This document shows, piece after piece, positions 7,802 through 16,762 of a DNA stretch of 64,000 nt. Position 1 is the first letter of the stretch; each line of letters starts with the position of its first letter. The DNA comes from a virus. The translations under genes were made by a program, and so were the position numbers. The notes under the pieces are model-generated. The model searched no databases. It saw nothing but the letters and a program-made list of their open reading frames with translations, and had not been told where the DNA came from. The stretch spans positions 1-64,000 of IMG/VR virus record IMGVR_UViG_3300047550_003482; one strand, given 5' to 3'.

Positions 7802-7914
7802 AGGTTAGGTACAGCAAAACTCCAAAACATGGTCCTGATGGTCAAAGATAACTTCAAGGCTATCGAGGAGAGTTTCGATTTCTCTCTTAAATCAAAAAGT
7901 AGACAACTAACCTG
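7802..7914 (+). ncRNA. ACAGCAA-stem RNA copy 2 with tRNA-like core
   Basis: AGGTTAG/CTAACCT stem, GTACAGCAA, GAGAG-TTTCGAT-TTCTC T-arm-like hairpin. Confidence 0.6.
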
Positions 7915-7924
7915 TTTTTATATT

Positions 7925-7977
7925 AGAATGCTAACAGCAACCTAAATTTTCAAGTATATCGAAAAAAACGCATTCAG
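7925..7977 (+). ncRNA. ACAGCAA-stem RNA copy 3, in leader of the Ro60-like gene
   Basis: GAATGC/GCATTC stem, TAACAGCAA; abuts SD AAAGGA. Confidence 0.55.
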
Positions 7978-7992
7978 AAAGGAAATCAAAAA

Positions 7993-9411
7993 ATGAACGC
8001 ATTTGTAAACGCAATTCAAGAGCAGGAAGCACGTACCACTAACGGTATGAAGGCTCGTAAGACTACCAGCAATGCACTGGTTGATCTATTCTACAATATC
8101 GGTGCAAGCCGCGGAAAAAACATTATCCCAGCGTTTACCGCTGCATATGTGCAAGACCGTGATCTTGCCCTGCGTATCGCGCTATGGGCACGTGATGTCC
8201 GTGAAGGAGCGGGTGAGCGTCAGCTTTTCCGTGATATCATGACTCATCTGGAAAAGACCGATCCAGAGTCAGCAGTTCGTCTGTTGAATCGTGTACCTGA
8301 ACTTGGTCGTTTTGATGACTTGTTTGTCTTCAAGACCAAGGATATGAAGGCAAAGGCTTATACCCTATTGGGCGATAAGCTACGTGAACGTAATGGTCTA
8401 GCGGCTAAGTGGACTCCTCGTAAGGGACCAGTTGCCCGTGAAATCCGTGAGTTCTATGGAATGAGTCCAAAGCAGTATCGTAAGACACTGGTAGGTATGA
8501 CCTCAGTTGTTGAATCACAAATGTGTGCCAACGATTGGGATAACATCAACTTCAGCCATGTTCCTTCACAGGCTGCACGTATTTACAAGAAGGCGTTCAA
8601 TCGTCATAGTGTAAAGTTTGCAGAATATGTAGAAAAGTTGGTCAAGGGTGATCCTACTGTTAAGGTCAATGCTGGAGCTATCTTCCCGCATGATGTCCTT
8701 AAGGGTGTATTTGATACTTACGGTGGTTTGGCTTCTTTGAATAAGACTGAACTGGATCATATCGTAGCACAATGGGATGCATTGCCTAACTATGTTGGTG
8801 ATGCTAACATCATGCCCGTCGTTGACGTTAGTGGCTCTATGACTGCACCAGCAGGCAAGGGTACAAACGTTCGGTGTATTGATGTTTCAGTCTCATTGGG
8901 ATTGTACTTGGCTGATAAGAACAAGGGTGCTTTCAACGGTACTTTCTTGACATTCAGTGAGCGTCCTGAACTGTTGACCCTCAAGGGCAACATTGTTCAG
9001 AAGGCTCAACAAATGGTCAAGAGTTCTTGGGGCATGAGTACTAATCTACATGCTGCTTTTGACAAGATCCTAAGCACCGCTGTGAAGAACAATGTTCCTC
9101 AAAGTGATATGCCAAAGATGTTACTCATTATGAGTGACATGAATTTTAACCAGTGCATCAGAAATGATGACAGTGCTATGGAAATGATTGAGCGTAAGTA
9201 TGCGGCAGCTGGTTATGATATGCCTGCTGTAGTATTCTGGAACCTTAACAGTTCGGACAATGTCCCTGTTAAGAGTGACAAGAGTGGTGCAGCATTGGTA
9301 AGTGGCTTCAGCCCAAGTATCATGACCAGCTTGTTGAAGGCTGATCCTGCGGAGTTTACTCCCCTGGGAATGATGATGAAGGTGGTCATGTCAGACCGAT
9401 ATGCTTGCTAA
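7993..9411 (+). CDS. DUF2828 / TROVE(Ro60)-like protein with C-terminal vWA domain
   Basis: RDVREGAGER, AAKWTPR, MIDAS DVSGSM, STNL..AFD.IL, SDM.F, VFWN, VSGFS. Confidence 0.85.
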   Translation: MNAFVNAIQEQEARTTNGMKARKTTSNALVDLFYNIGASRGKNIIPAFTAAYVQDRDLALRIALWARDVREGAGERQLFRDIMTHLEKTDPESAVRLLNRVPELGRFDDLFVFKTKDMKAKAYTLLGDKLRERNGLAAKWTPRKGPVAREIREFYGMSPKQYRKTLVGMTSVVESQMCANDWDNINFSHVPSQAARIYKKAFNRHSVKFAEYVEKLVKGDPTVKVNAGAIFPHDVLKGVFDTYGGLASLNKTELDHIVAQWDALPNYVGDANIMPVVDVSGSMTAPAGKGTNVRCIDVSVSLGLYLADKNKGAFNGTFLTFSERPELLTLKGNIVQKAQQMVKSSWGMSTNLHAAFDKILSTAVKNNVPQSDMPKMLLIMSDMNFNQCIRNDDSAMEMIERKYAAAGYDMPAVVFWNLNSSDNVPVKSDKSGAALVSGFSPSIMTSLLKADPAEFTPLGMMMKVVMSDRYAC

Positions 9412-9414
9412 ATG

Positions 9415-9440
9415 AAAAAGGGCCTTAGGGCCCTTTTTTT
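9415..9440. terminator. bidirectional intrinsic terminator
   Basis: AAAAAGGGCC-TTAG-GGCCCTTTTTTT between convergent genes. Confidence 0.9.
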
Positions 9441-9723
9441 ATTTGTGGTCTTCTTTTTTGTCAGAGTCGTTGCATTTTTTGTCTTTTTTCTCTGCGCCTG
9501 ACAATATATATCCTGACAAGGTACCAGTTAAAAATGTAGCTATTGGAATTATCAACTCAAAAAACTTTGAATCTACTGGGCTCATATCATTGAAAGGTTG
9601 TGTAACAAATATAATACTGTACAACACAACAAAGACAATTCCCATTAATGTAAGAGCTAAACATGATACTATAAATGCTTTAACTCTTGTGTTAATTTGT
9701 TCGTCGGTTAGTCTGTCGTTCAT
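9439..9723 (-). CDS. two-TM membrane protein (holin-like candidate)
   Basis: Two hydrophobic helices, charged C-terminus. Confidence 0.6.
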   Translation of the reverse strand: MNDRLTDEQINTRVKAFIVSCLALTLMGIVFVVLYSIIFVTQPFNDMSPVDSKFFELIIPIATFLTGTLSGYILSGAEKKDKKCNDSDKKEDHK

Positions 9724-9884
9724 TTTTTATCCTTATCTAAAATACAGGTTCTAGTTATTGAGCAATTTTCGGGCTTACATTCTTCTGTTCCTCGATTTTT
9801 TGGGTCTTGGCATGGATATCTATATGTTTCTTCGCATCCATACAAAAATCCTGTAAAAACAAATATTAGTAAATATTTTTTCAT
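9720..9884 (-). CDS. small Cys-rich lipoprotein, 54 aa
   Basis: MKKYLLIFVFTGFLYG-C lipobox; translated by hand. Confidence 0.65.
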   Translation of the reverse strand: MKKYLLIFVFTGFLYGCEETYRYPCQDPKNRGTEECKPENCSITRTCILDKDKK

Positions 9885-10017
9885 TGTTGTTTCCTTTTAC
9901 TGTTTAAGGAAAACTCAATGAATACGTTAGCATTCATGATTTAATACCTCCTTTTTATTCTTCTTTTTTGGGTTTAAATATGCAACTGTATTTAGTTCTT
10001 TAGTCTATAAATAGTTG

Positions 10018-10443
10018 ATGATACGATTCATTTATATTGGCTCAAACTATGATCGTGAAAAGGAAATAGTTTTAGAACACATATTTCAAATAACTAGGCA
10101 ACTATTATCTTTACCTGAAAAGCTAGAAGTAGAATTCCGACAATTGAACTACAACGTATACGGGGAAACTCTTTTAGACAGAAGATTTAAAAATAGGATA
10201 AGATTACATGAAAATCTAGATAAAAAAGAATCCGTTGTTCCCTTCGTACATGAGTTATTGCATTTGAACCAAATACATTTAGGTCGGTTGGTGGGAAGAC
10301 GCAATGGATGTGTTGTTTTTGATAAAAGGATTTATCATGTATCAAAAAATCCAACAATGGAAGAATGGAAAAATATGCCCTGGGAGATAGATGTGGCCAA
10401 CAAAGAAAAAAAACTTTTAGAGAGTGTGTTAGGAAGAATTTGA
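10018..10443 (+). CDS. HExxH metallopeptidase-like protein
   Basis: VHELLHLNQ, PWE; TATAAATA at 10006-10013. Confidence 0.65.
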   Translation: MIRFIYIGSNYDREKEIVLEHIFQITRQLLSLPEKLEVEFRQLNYNVYGETLLDRRFKNRIRLHENLDKKESVVPFVHELLHLNQIHLGRLVGRRNGCVVFDKRIYHVSKNPTMEEWKNMPWEIDVANKEKKLLESVLGRI

Positions 10444-10465
10444 TAAATTTATTGGAATTTTACGG

Positions 10466-10494
10466 TTGACAATAAATCCAGCATAGCATATAAT
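10466..10494 (+). promoter_or_regulatory. sigma70-type promoter, likely leaderless transcript
   Basis: TTGACA-17-TATAAT, ATG 6 nt downstream. Confidence 0.8.
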
Positions 10495-10500
10495 GCATTC

Positions 10501-10830
10501 ATGTTGAAGATTCAACGTAAGCGCAGGTCTGACAGGAATCATGTCATTTACTACGTTCAAAACGTGGTTACGCATGAATTCTACATTGGTCTTACTGCAC
10601 TTTGCTATAATGGCAACGTGCGTAAAACCCTTACTCGGCGTATGCAAAAGCATCTTCAACGTGCCTTGACTGAAGATAAGAATTGGAGTCTTAGTCTTGC
10701 TTTGCGTACTGATGGACCCGAAGCTTTTGTGTTTGGTCCTTTGGAAGTGGTTCGCGGTAAGGCTGCTGCTCATGCGTTGGAAACTCAGTTGATCAAAGAA
10801 CATAACCCTGCACTTAATACTTTCAAATGA
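10501..10830 (+). CDS. GIY-YIG nuclease domain protein
   Basis: VIY...YIG.T, R..H, E..LI...P.LN. Confidence 0.8.
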   Translation: MLKIQRKRRSDRNHVIYYVQNVVTHEFYIGLTALCYNGNVRKTLTRRMQKHLQRALTEDKNWSLSLALRTDGPEAFVFGPLEVVRGKAAAHALETQLIKEHNPALNTFK

Positions 10831-11348
10831 ATAACTTTATACAGAATGTAAGCAAGATTGATATTTCACGGGGACATCATTTTGATGCCGGTGAAAACTC
10901 TATGTTGATCCAAATCATGGATCCAGGTGAAGATTTCCCTATTCCATTGTACAACTTCAAAGAGACTCATAAGTTTGAATTTCTTGACATTGAAGATGAC
11001 GGCAAGACTAACATGGGTGATGGCTCAATGTCACTGATGGGTGAGTTTGCTATTACTGACGAACAGGCAAAAGAAATTGCCAGCCTGTTGAAGCACGCCA
11101 AAGAAAACAATATGAATGTGATCGCACATTGTCATGCGGGAGTATTTCGTAGTGGTGCTGTAACAGAAGTCGGCATCATGTTGGGCTTCAACGACACTGA
11201 AACTTTTCGCTGCCCAAACAGGCTTGTAAAGAAAAAGTTGTTGAAGGCTTTGGGTATGCCGCACTCTAATAAAGAGCCATTGACAATTAATGGAAAACCC
11301 ACTACAATGTCTGAAAACGAAATTTTGATTGCATCAATAAAGAATTAA
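10827..11348 (+). CDS. CX5R (tyrosine/dual-specificity) phosphatase-like protein
   Basis: HCHAGVFRS P-loop. Confidence 0.8.
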   Translation: MNNFIQNVSKIDISRGHHFDAGENSMLIQIMDPGEDFPIPLYNFKETHKFEFLDIEDDGKTNMGDGSMSLMGEFAITDEQAKEIASLLKHAKENNMNVIAHCHAGVFRSGAVTEVGIMLGFNDTETFRCPNRLVKKKLLKALGMPHSNKEPLTINGKPTTMSENEILIASIKN

Positions 11349-11350
11349 TC

Positions 11351-11812
11351 ATGCCAACTTGCTATCAATTGATTGGAGTGCCCGGTTCAGGTAAATCCAC
11401 TTGGATTAAGAACCAACCTTGGGCTAAGGATGCTGTAGTTGTCAGTACCGACAACCATGTTGAAGACTATGCTGAAAAAATGGGTAAAACCTACAGTGAG
11501 GTGTTTGACAAATATATGCCAATTGCTGTACAATTGATGACAGACGATGTAATCAATGCACGTAAAAACAATTTGGACATTATCTGGGATCAAACATCAA
11601 CTACCGTTGCAAGTCGTAAACGCAAGTTCAAGATGTTGCCCAACTATAAGCATATTGCTGTAGTGTTTACTACTCCAAATGCTGAAGAACTTAAAAAGCG
11701 TTTGGGAAATAGACCGGGCAAAACGATCCCTGATCATGTTATCCGTAGTATGATAAATAATTTTGAAATGCCTACTAAGGCTGAAGGTTTTAGTGATATC
11801 ATCATTGTTTAA
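11351..11812 (+). CDS. P-loop kinase (AAA_33 / polynucleotide kinase-like)
   Basis: GVPGSGKSTW, STD, WDQT, R..R...IP. Confidence 0.85.
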   Translation: MPTCYQLIGVPGSGKSTWIKNQPWAKDAVVVSTDNHVEDYAEKMGKTYSEVFDKYMPIAVQLMTDDVINARKNNLDIIWDQTSTTVASRKRKFKMLPNYKHIAVVFTTPNAEELKKRLGNRPGKTIPDHVIRSMINNFEMPTKAEGFSDIIIV

Positions 11813-11823
11813 CGGAGAGAAAA

Positions 11824-12240
11824 ATGAATAAATTTCTACCTTGTGTTTTGTTTTTTGTTGCTGTTAGTGCTAATGCTCATGATCCTTATTTTTCAAGGAA
11901 TGACGTTGCTACTGTTGTAAGTGCTACTCCTAGGTTTCAGACTATTTTTCAACGCCAATGTCAACGAGAACGATTCTATTCTGACAATAGTACGTTGGGT
12001 ACAGTAATCGGCGGTGTTGCCGGTGGCATCATTGGTAACCAAGTTGGTAATGGTTCTGGTAGAGATGTTGCTACAGTTTTGGGTGCTGTAGTAGGTGCTG
12101 GAGTTGGCAATCGCATTGGTCACGATCAACGAAATGAAGAATATCGTGAAGTATGCAAAGAAGTTCCCGTTACAGTTCAACGCGGTGAAACAGTGATCTT
12201 TGATTATAAAGGTCGTAGATTTACAATGGTTTTTGATTGA
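11824..12240 (+). CDS. glycine-zipper 2TM exported protein
   Basis: Signal peptide; GTVIGGVAGGIIGNQVG.GSG..VATVLGAVVG. Confidence 0.85.
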   Translation: MNKFLPCVLFFVAVSANAHDPYFSRNDVATVVSATPRFQTIFQRQCQRERFYSDNSTLGTVIGGVAGGIIGNQVGNGSGRDVATVLGAVVGAGVGNRIGHDQRNEEYREVCKEVPVTVQRGETVIFDYKGRRFTMVFD

Positions 12241-12255
12241 TATTGAAGAGGTAAT

Positions 12256-12561
12256 ATGAAAGAAAAAACTGAAATGGTTCTTGTAGAAACTGTATCAATG
12301 TTTCGTATTAGGTATGTAATTGAAGTACCTGCTGGGCACAGTGATTATGCACTTGATACTGTAACCATGCAAGAAGGAAAAGAGTTTTCGCAAAAACACC
12401 TTGATGAAACGATTGTTTCTCATCGTGTCATTGATGAAAAGGAAATTTTAGAGTTGTGCGATAATGACAATTCGTATACAATTTCTTGGGATAAAGAACA
12501 AAAAGTAAAAACATTCGTAACCACTATTGAAGATCAACAGGCTTATACTCTCAAGGGTTAA
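12256..12561 (+). CDS. hypothetical protein
   Basis: GAGG SD, ORF track. Confidence 0.65.
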   Translation: MKEKTEMVLVETVSMFRIRYVIEVPAGHSDYALDTVTMQEGKEFSQKHLDETIVSHRVIDEKEILELCDNDNSYTISWDKEQKVKTFVTTIEDQQAYTLKG

Positions 12562-12563
12562 TA

Positions 12564-12725
12564 ATGAACAAGTACACAATTGGGTTCAAGATTCCTCGTC
12601 AATCTAACCGTGCAAATCACGACCAAAGTTTTGATGATAATCCCGATAAGTCAAAGTATGTTAAACCCAAGAATTCATACAAGCGTAAGCCCAAGTATGT
12701 AAACAAGATTGACAATTGGCAGTAA
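12564..12725 (+). CDS. small basic protein, ArfA-like tail (SYKRKPKY)
   Basis: Translated by hand, 53 aa. Confidence 0.5.
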   Translation: MNKYTIGFKIPRQSNRANHDQSFDDNPDKSKYVKPKNSYKRKPKYVNKIDNWQ

Positions 12726-12726
12726 A

Positions 12727-12891
12727 ATGAAGAAAGAGCGTACCCCTCAGAAGCCAAAAAGCATCTTTTCTAAAAAAGAAAAGTTTGTTGATGAAGATAA
12801 GTTTTTTGATAAAAAGCTTCAAAAGACTCAATTCAAACGTCGGCCAAAACATAAAAACAATTCAGCTTGGGACGTATCTTCATACGATTAA
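12727..12891 (+). CDS. small basic protein, ArfA-like tail (QFKRRPKH)
   Basis: Tandem with previous ORF, 54 aa. Confidence 0.5.
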   Translation: MKKERTPQKPKSIFSKKEKFVDEDKFFDKKLQKTQFKRRPKHKNNSAWDVSSYD

Positions 12892-13219
12892 AAATGCAAT
12901 CAACGGTTCAAATACTAACATATAGTTTAATTCCTGGAACACTGAATTCAATGTTTTTCAATGTATTGGGTTTCAATCTATATTGTCTTGCAATTTTTGC
13001 GATTACGTCCGTCATATTTTACACATATGCGATTTTCTTAAAATTTGAACGTTGAGGAGGTATAGCAACATATGGTCAACTATTAAAAATAATCATGAAA
13101 AAAATGTTTAATAAAGTAAAAGGTTATGTCTATAACAAAGATTTGATGTTTTGGCATAACGTTTCAAACAGTTTGTTTTTGTTGGTAGTTTTGTTTCAAC
13201 TAATTTAGGAGTAAAAATT

Positions 13220-13375
13220 ATGCATAGCTATTGGGCTCTTGTCCGTAACAGTGGTGGTGGTTATTATCGTGTGGTAGTTCAGGCTGATAATGGGTATAAC
13301 GCATATCAAATGCTGATTGCTCAATATGGTCGTGAAAACCTCATTTCCGAATCCGCTGCTTACATTCCCGAATAA
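13220..13375 (+). CDS. small hypothetical protein, 51 aa
   Basis: AGGAG SD; translated by hand. Confidence 0.6.
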   Translation: MHSYWALVRNSGGGYYRVVVQADNGYNAYQMLIAQYGRENLISESAAYIPE

Positions 13376-13447
13376 TTCAACTTTAGGTTGAAATTATTTT
13401 CAAACCGTGTTATAATAAGTTTTTCAACTCATCAAAGGAAATTTATC

Positions 13448-13864
13448 ATGTCAAATACTTACAAAGTTGCAGGTATTACTGTTCATAACGGCGTCAGTAA
13501 GGTTCGCTTTACTGATGATATGATTCGTAGGATTAAGCAATTCACGAAGGGTGGAGCTACCCGTTGTGAGTTCATTGAACTTCCCAGTGAAATGACAAAG
13601 ATGGAAGCTCTTGAATATCTCAAGAATCATCAACTATTCCAATCAGCCGAAGATCAGGCAACCATCAATGATGCGATCATTGATCGTCAAGAGAAGACTC
13701 CCAAGCGTGAACCGAAGCCTAAGGGTGAAGTAAAGGTCAAGAAGACCAAGCAAGATGTAAAGCCAAGTCTTGACACTATCAAGGCTAAGGCAAAGTCAAA
13801 GAAGGAATCAGTTTCCGCTGAACAGATTCTTGACGAAATCAAAGAAGAAGTAAGTGATAACTAA
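13448..13864 (+). CDS. hypothetical protein, Lys-rich tail
   Basis: AAAGGA SD before MSNTYK. Confidence 0.7.
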   Translation: MSNTYKVAGITVHNGVSKVRFTDDMIRRIKQFTKGGATRCEFIELPSEMTKMEALEYLKNHQLFQSAEDQATINDAIIDRQEKTPKREPKPKGEVKVKKTKQDVKPSLDTIKAKAKSKKESVSAEQILDEIKEEVSDN

Positions 13865-14039
13865 ACCAGAACGAAGGGAATTCAACCCTTCTGATCTAAA
13901 GGATGTGCAAGAGCTACGTTATTTCATGAAAAATAACAAGTGGAAACACTCATGTCCTTTTGAAGTCAAACTTCCTTATGTTGATGCCCCTGCAATGTGT
14001 AAGGACAAATACATAAAATTTGTTTTGAAGATTAAGTAA
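13854..14039 (+). CDS. hypothetical protein
   Basis: ORF track; ends at terminator. Confidence 0.55.
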   Translation: MITKPERREFNPSDLKDVQELRYFMKNNKWKHSCPFEVKLPYVDAPAMCKDKYIKFVLKIK

Positions 14040-14060
14040 AAAGGCCCGAAAGGGCCTTTT
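14038..14060. terminator. bidirectional intrinsic terminator
   Basis: AAAAGGCCC-GAAA-GGGCCTTTT. Confidence 0.9.
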
Positions 14061-15153
14061 ATGCCAATGCGACTCCGTTATTTCCTATAACGAACCATTT
14101 GCTCGCAATATATTGCATTATACAAGCATCACCTACATCAGCAAAAGTAAGCGTACCTGCACCGCCCCAAGCGGCGTTGGTAACTGTGATTACCATGTTA
14201 CCACCACCATCTGCTACCATCATAAATGTTTTGATTTGACCATTAGTGCCTGCTGCTAATGTTGCAGTTTCACCTGTAGCACCAGTTGAGAAATAACTTG
14301 CAGATTTTGCAAGATTGGCAGCAGCGCCGTTAGCTAAATCTTCACTGCTGCTTAAATATAATGATCCTGTTACGTCTACGTTTGCAGGTAGATCAACGGT
14401 GATAGTTCCTGCACCTGTGATAGCACTTCCTGTAACATCTAACGTAGTACTGGTAATGTTAACACTGGTAACAGTACCGCCTGTTAAAAATGTAGAGATG
14501 GTAACGTTGCCATTACTGCCACTTAAGGACACTCCTGAGCCTGCTGTCAGTCTGGTAACACCTGTGTTTGTAATGGTTATTGTTCCATTTGTGGTAATTG
14601 GGCTACCACTTACTTGTATGCCTGTTCCTGGACTTACTGCAACACTTGTTACCGTACCAACAGAACTTGCATTTGCTATTCCTGTGACTCTACCATACGC
14701 ATCAACGGTAACAGTAGGATAGGTGTATGTACCAGCACTTATTCCAGTAGTTGCTAAATCTATTGTAATATTACCTGAACTTACTACTGGTGTGCCGGTA
14801 GTTACTAATCTGGTATTACTTACAGGGGTAACACCTATGCTTGTGACTGTACCTGAGCCACCGCCTCCGCCAGTTGAGCTAATGGTAACATTTCCGTTAG
14901 CTTGGTTTACAGTGATATTAGTACCTGCAATAATATTGGTAACACCACTATTTAAAATATCAACTGTACCTGCAATACTATTACTTGTGACAGTTATTCC
15001 AGTGTTGCCATTGAATGTATTATATGGACTAGCATTAGTGAAAAGTGTGTTGAAATTAGTTTTAGTTTTGTTAAATGCGGTATATAGGGTATCACTACCT
15101 GCTGATTCATTAGGTAGTCCTATATTGATAATTTGTTGTCCAGTGATTGCCAT
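14059..15153 (-). CDS. virion fibre/baseplate-type structural protein
   Basis: N-terminus INIG...DTL..AF.K...NF resembles T4 gp9/gp10 N-termini; G/T/V-rich GTVTSV repeats. Confidence 0.75.
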   Translation of the reverse strand: MAITGQQIINIGLPNESAGSDTLYTAFNKTKTNFNTLFTNASPYNTFNGNTGITVTSNSIAGTVDILNSGVTNIIAGTNITVNQANGNVTISSTGGGGGSGTVTSIGVTPVSNTRLVTTGTPVVSSGNITIDLATTGISAGTYTYPTVTVDAYGRVTGIANASSVGTVTSVAVSPGTGIQVSGSPITTNGTITITNTGVTRLTAGSGVSLSGSNGNVTISTFLTGGTVTSVNITSTTLDVTGSAITGAGTITVDLPANVDVTGSLYLSSSEDLANGAAANLAKSASYFSTGATGETATLAAGTNGQIKTFMMVADGGGNMVITVTNAAWGGAGTLTFADVGDACIMQYIASKWFVIGNNGVALA

Positions 15154-15155
15154 AC

Positions 15156-15503
15156 TTAATCCTCTTCGTAATCGTTATAAGTATTTATGCTAAAACTACT
15201 ACCACAACCACAAGTGCTTTCAACGTTCGGGTTTTCAATTGTAAAATTAGAACCCATCAATGTTTCTTTATAATCAATAGCTGATCCTGACAAGTATTGC
15301 ATACTCATTGCATCTACTATGACACTAAATTTATCGACCTTAAATTCAAAGTCATCTTCGTTTTTAGATTCATCCATTGAAAACCCATAACTGAATCCTG
15401 CGCATCCTCCGCCTTGAACAAATACTCTTAAATTGACATTGTTTTCTTCTTCTACAAGAATATCAAAGATTTTCGTTTTTGCTTTTTCTGTAATTGTAAT
15501 CAT
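15156..15503 (-). CDS. Fe-S carrier, ErpA/IscA family
   Basis: LRVFVQGGGCAGFSY, CGCGSSF. Confidence 0.93.
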   Translation of the reverse strand: MITITEKAKTKIFDILVEEENNVNLRVFVQGGGCAGFSYGFSMDESKNEDDFEFKVDKFSVIVDAMSMQYLSGSAIDYKETLMGSNFTIENPNVESTCGCGSSFSINTYNDYEED

Positions 15504-16762
15504 TTTTTATTGTTTCCTGAACCACGTAAGTAGTCTTGGTAATTTTCGTGACGATCTTCAAGTCCACGTAAACCTGAGTTTATCTTTTTTGTTACCTGTG
15601 TTGTATTTTGAAAATCATCAACATTTGGACGAACACGATTTTTCCAAAACAACAATGCTATTTCTGCTGCTGTATCTGGATGTTGTGCTAGTTCTGGTTT
15701 ATTGACAAGATCAATACCCAATGCTTTACTTGCCTTTGTATAGTTGTATCTACCTGTAATTTGTATATATCCTCTGCCTTTATATCTGGCGCCGTCACCT
15801 ATTTTGGTATTTCCTAATATCTTTGCCTTTTTAGGTGCAAATTTAGGATCATATTTTCTGAAATCTAAACTTCCACCATATTCAACTAAGCTATTCCAAT
15901 CATTTGTTTCATGAGCGCATTGTGCCATGAATTGTGCAAGTTCATCACCTGATAAGCCTGCTTTTACTGCATGATTATATAGAATTTTTTCTAGGGGTTT
16001 CTGTGTAATGGGTTTAATTGTTTTTTGTTGTGCTTGTGCTGTAGGTTGTGGTTGTTGAGTTGTTTGAGGTGGTTGTTTGACATAGTTATAACCACCTAAA
16101 GCCATAGCACCAGCTGCTCCTGCCGCTGCTAATTTTTCTTTCCAACCTTCTTCTAAACCTCCACCGTCTCCTCCCTCACCGGAATCAACTGCTGCAATTG
16201 GATAGAATGCATATCCGCCGTATACTCTTTTAGCTTTTGCTTTTCTACGTTTTTTCTCGGACAATGTATCTTCATTCTTTTTACGACCTTGGCAATGTGC
16301 CCGTTGACTGAATCCTTTTGGGTGAGAACAATCAATACTACGTTTGTATTTTTGACTCCACTTTTCGTTTAAATCACTTTCTTCATTTACATTAAAAGTA
16401 GGATCAACTTTTTGTCGTTTCATTCCTTTAGGTTGATTTGGATCAATGGGATCAATATCAGTAGTTGTCAATCCTGTTTTTTCTAAATCATTGATATATT
16501 CATGCTCTGTATCTTCGTCGCCGAATGAAAGTATAGTACTAGGTGGACCTTTTCCAAAATCGTGTTTACCTAAACCCTTCATATTACTGATATGTTGTCC
16601 TAATTTATACCAATCATATACATCAGAAACATCTACCCTCACTGTTCCTTTAGGCATAGTTGGTTTAAATTCTGGTCCAGGTGGAGGTCCATTTGGATCA
16701 TAATCTTCGTCTGCTACTTTATGTTTTAAAGTGCTTTCAGAAATAAATTCATTTGCTCTCAT
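15500..16762 (-). CDS. tagged multidomain protein with C-terminal GH19 lysozyme/chitinase
   Basis: MRANEFISE start; AQFMAQCAHET, YKGRGYIQITGRYNY, KKINSG..GL.DR. Confidence 0.85.
   Translation of the reverse strand: MRANEFISESTLKHKVADEDYDPNGPPPGPEFKPTMPKGTVRVDVSDVYDWYKLGQHISNMKGLGKHDFGKGPPSTILSFGDEDTEHEYINDLEKTGLTTTDIDPIDPNQPKGMKRQKVDPTFNVNEESDLNEKWSQKYKRSIDCSHPKGFSQRAHCQGRKKNEDTLSEKKRRKAKAKRVYGGYAFYPIAAVDSGEGGDGGGLEEGWKEKLAAAGAAGAMALGGYNYVKQPPQTTQQPQPTAQAQQKTIKPITQKPLEKILYNHAVKAGLSGDELAQFMAQCAHETNDWNSLVEYGGSLDFRKYDPKFAPKKAKILGNTKIGDGARYKGRGYIQITGRYNYTKASKALGIDLVNKPELAQHPDTAAEIALLFWKNRVRPNVDDFQNTTQVTKKINSGLRGLEDRHENYQDYLRGSGNNKK

Noticed and set aside
14315-15193. Plus-strand Val/Pro/Leu-rich ORFs
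   Set aside because: They are antisense shadows of the Gly/Thr-rich structural gene.
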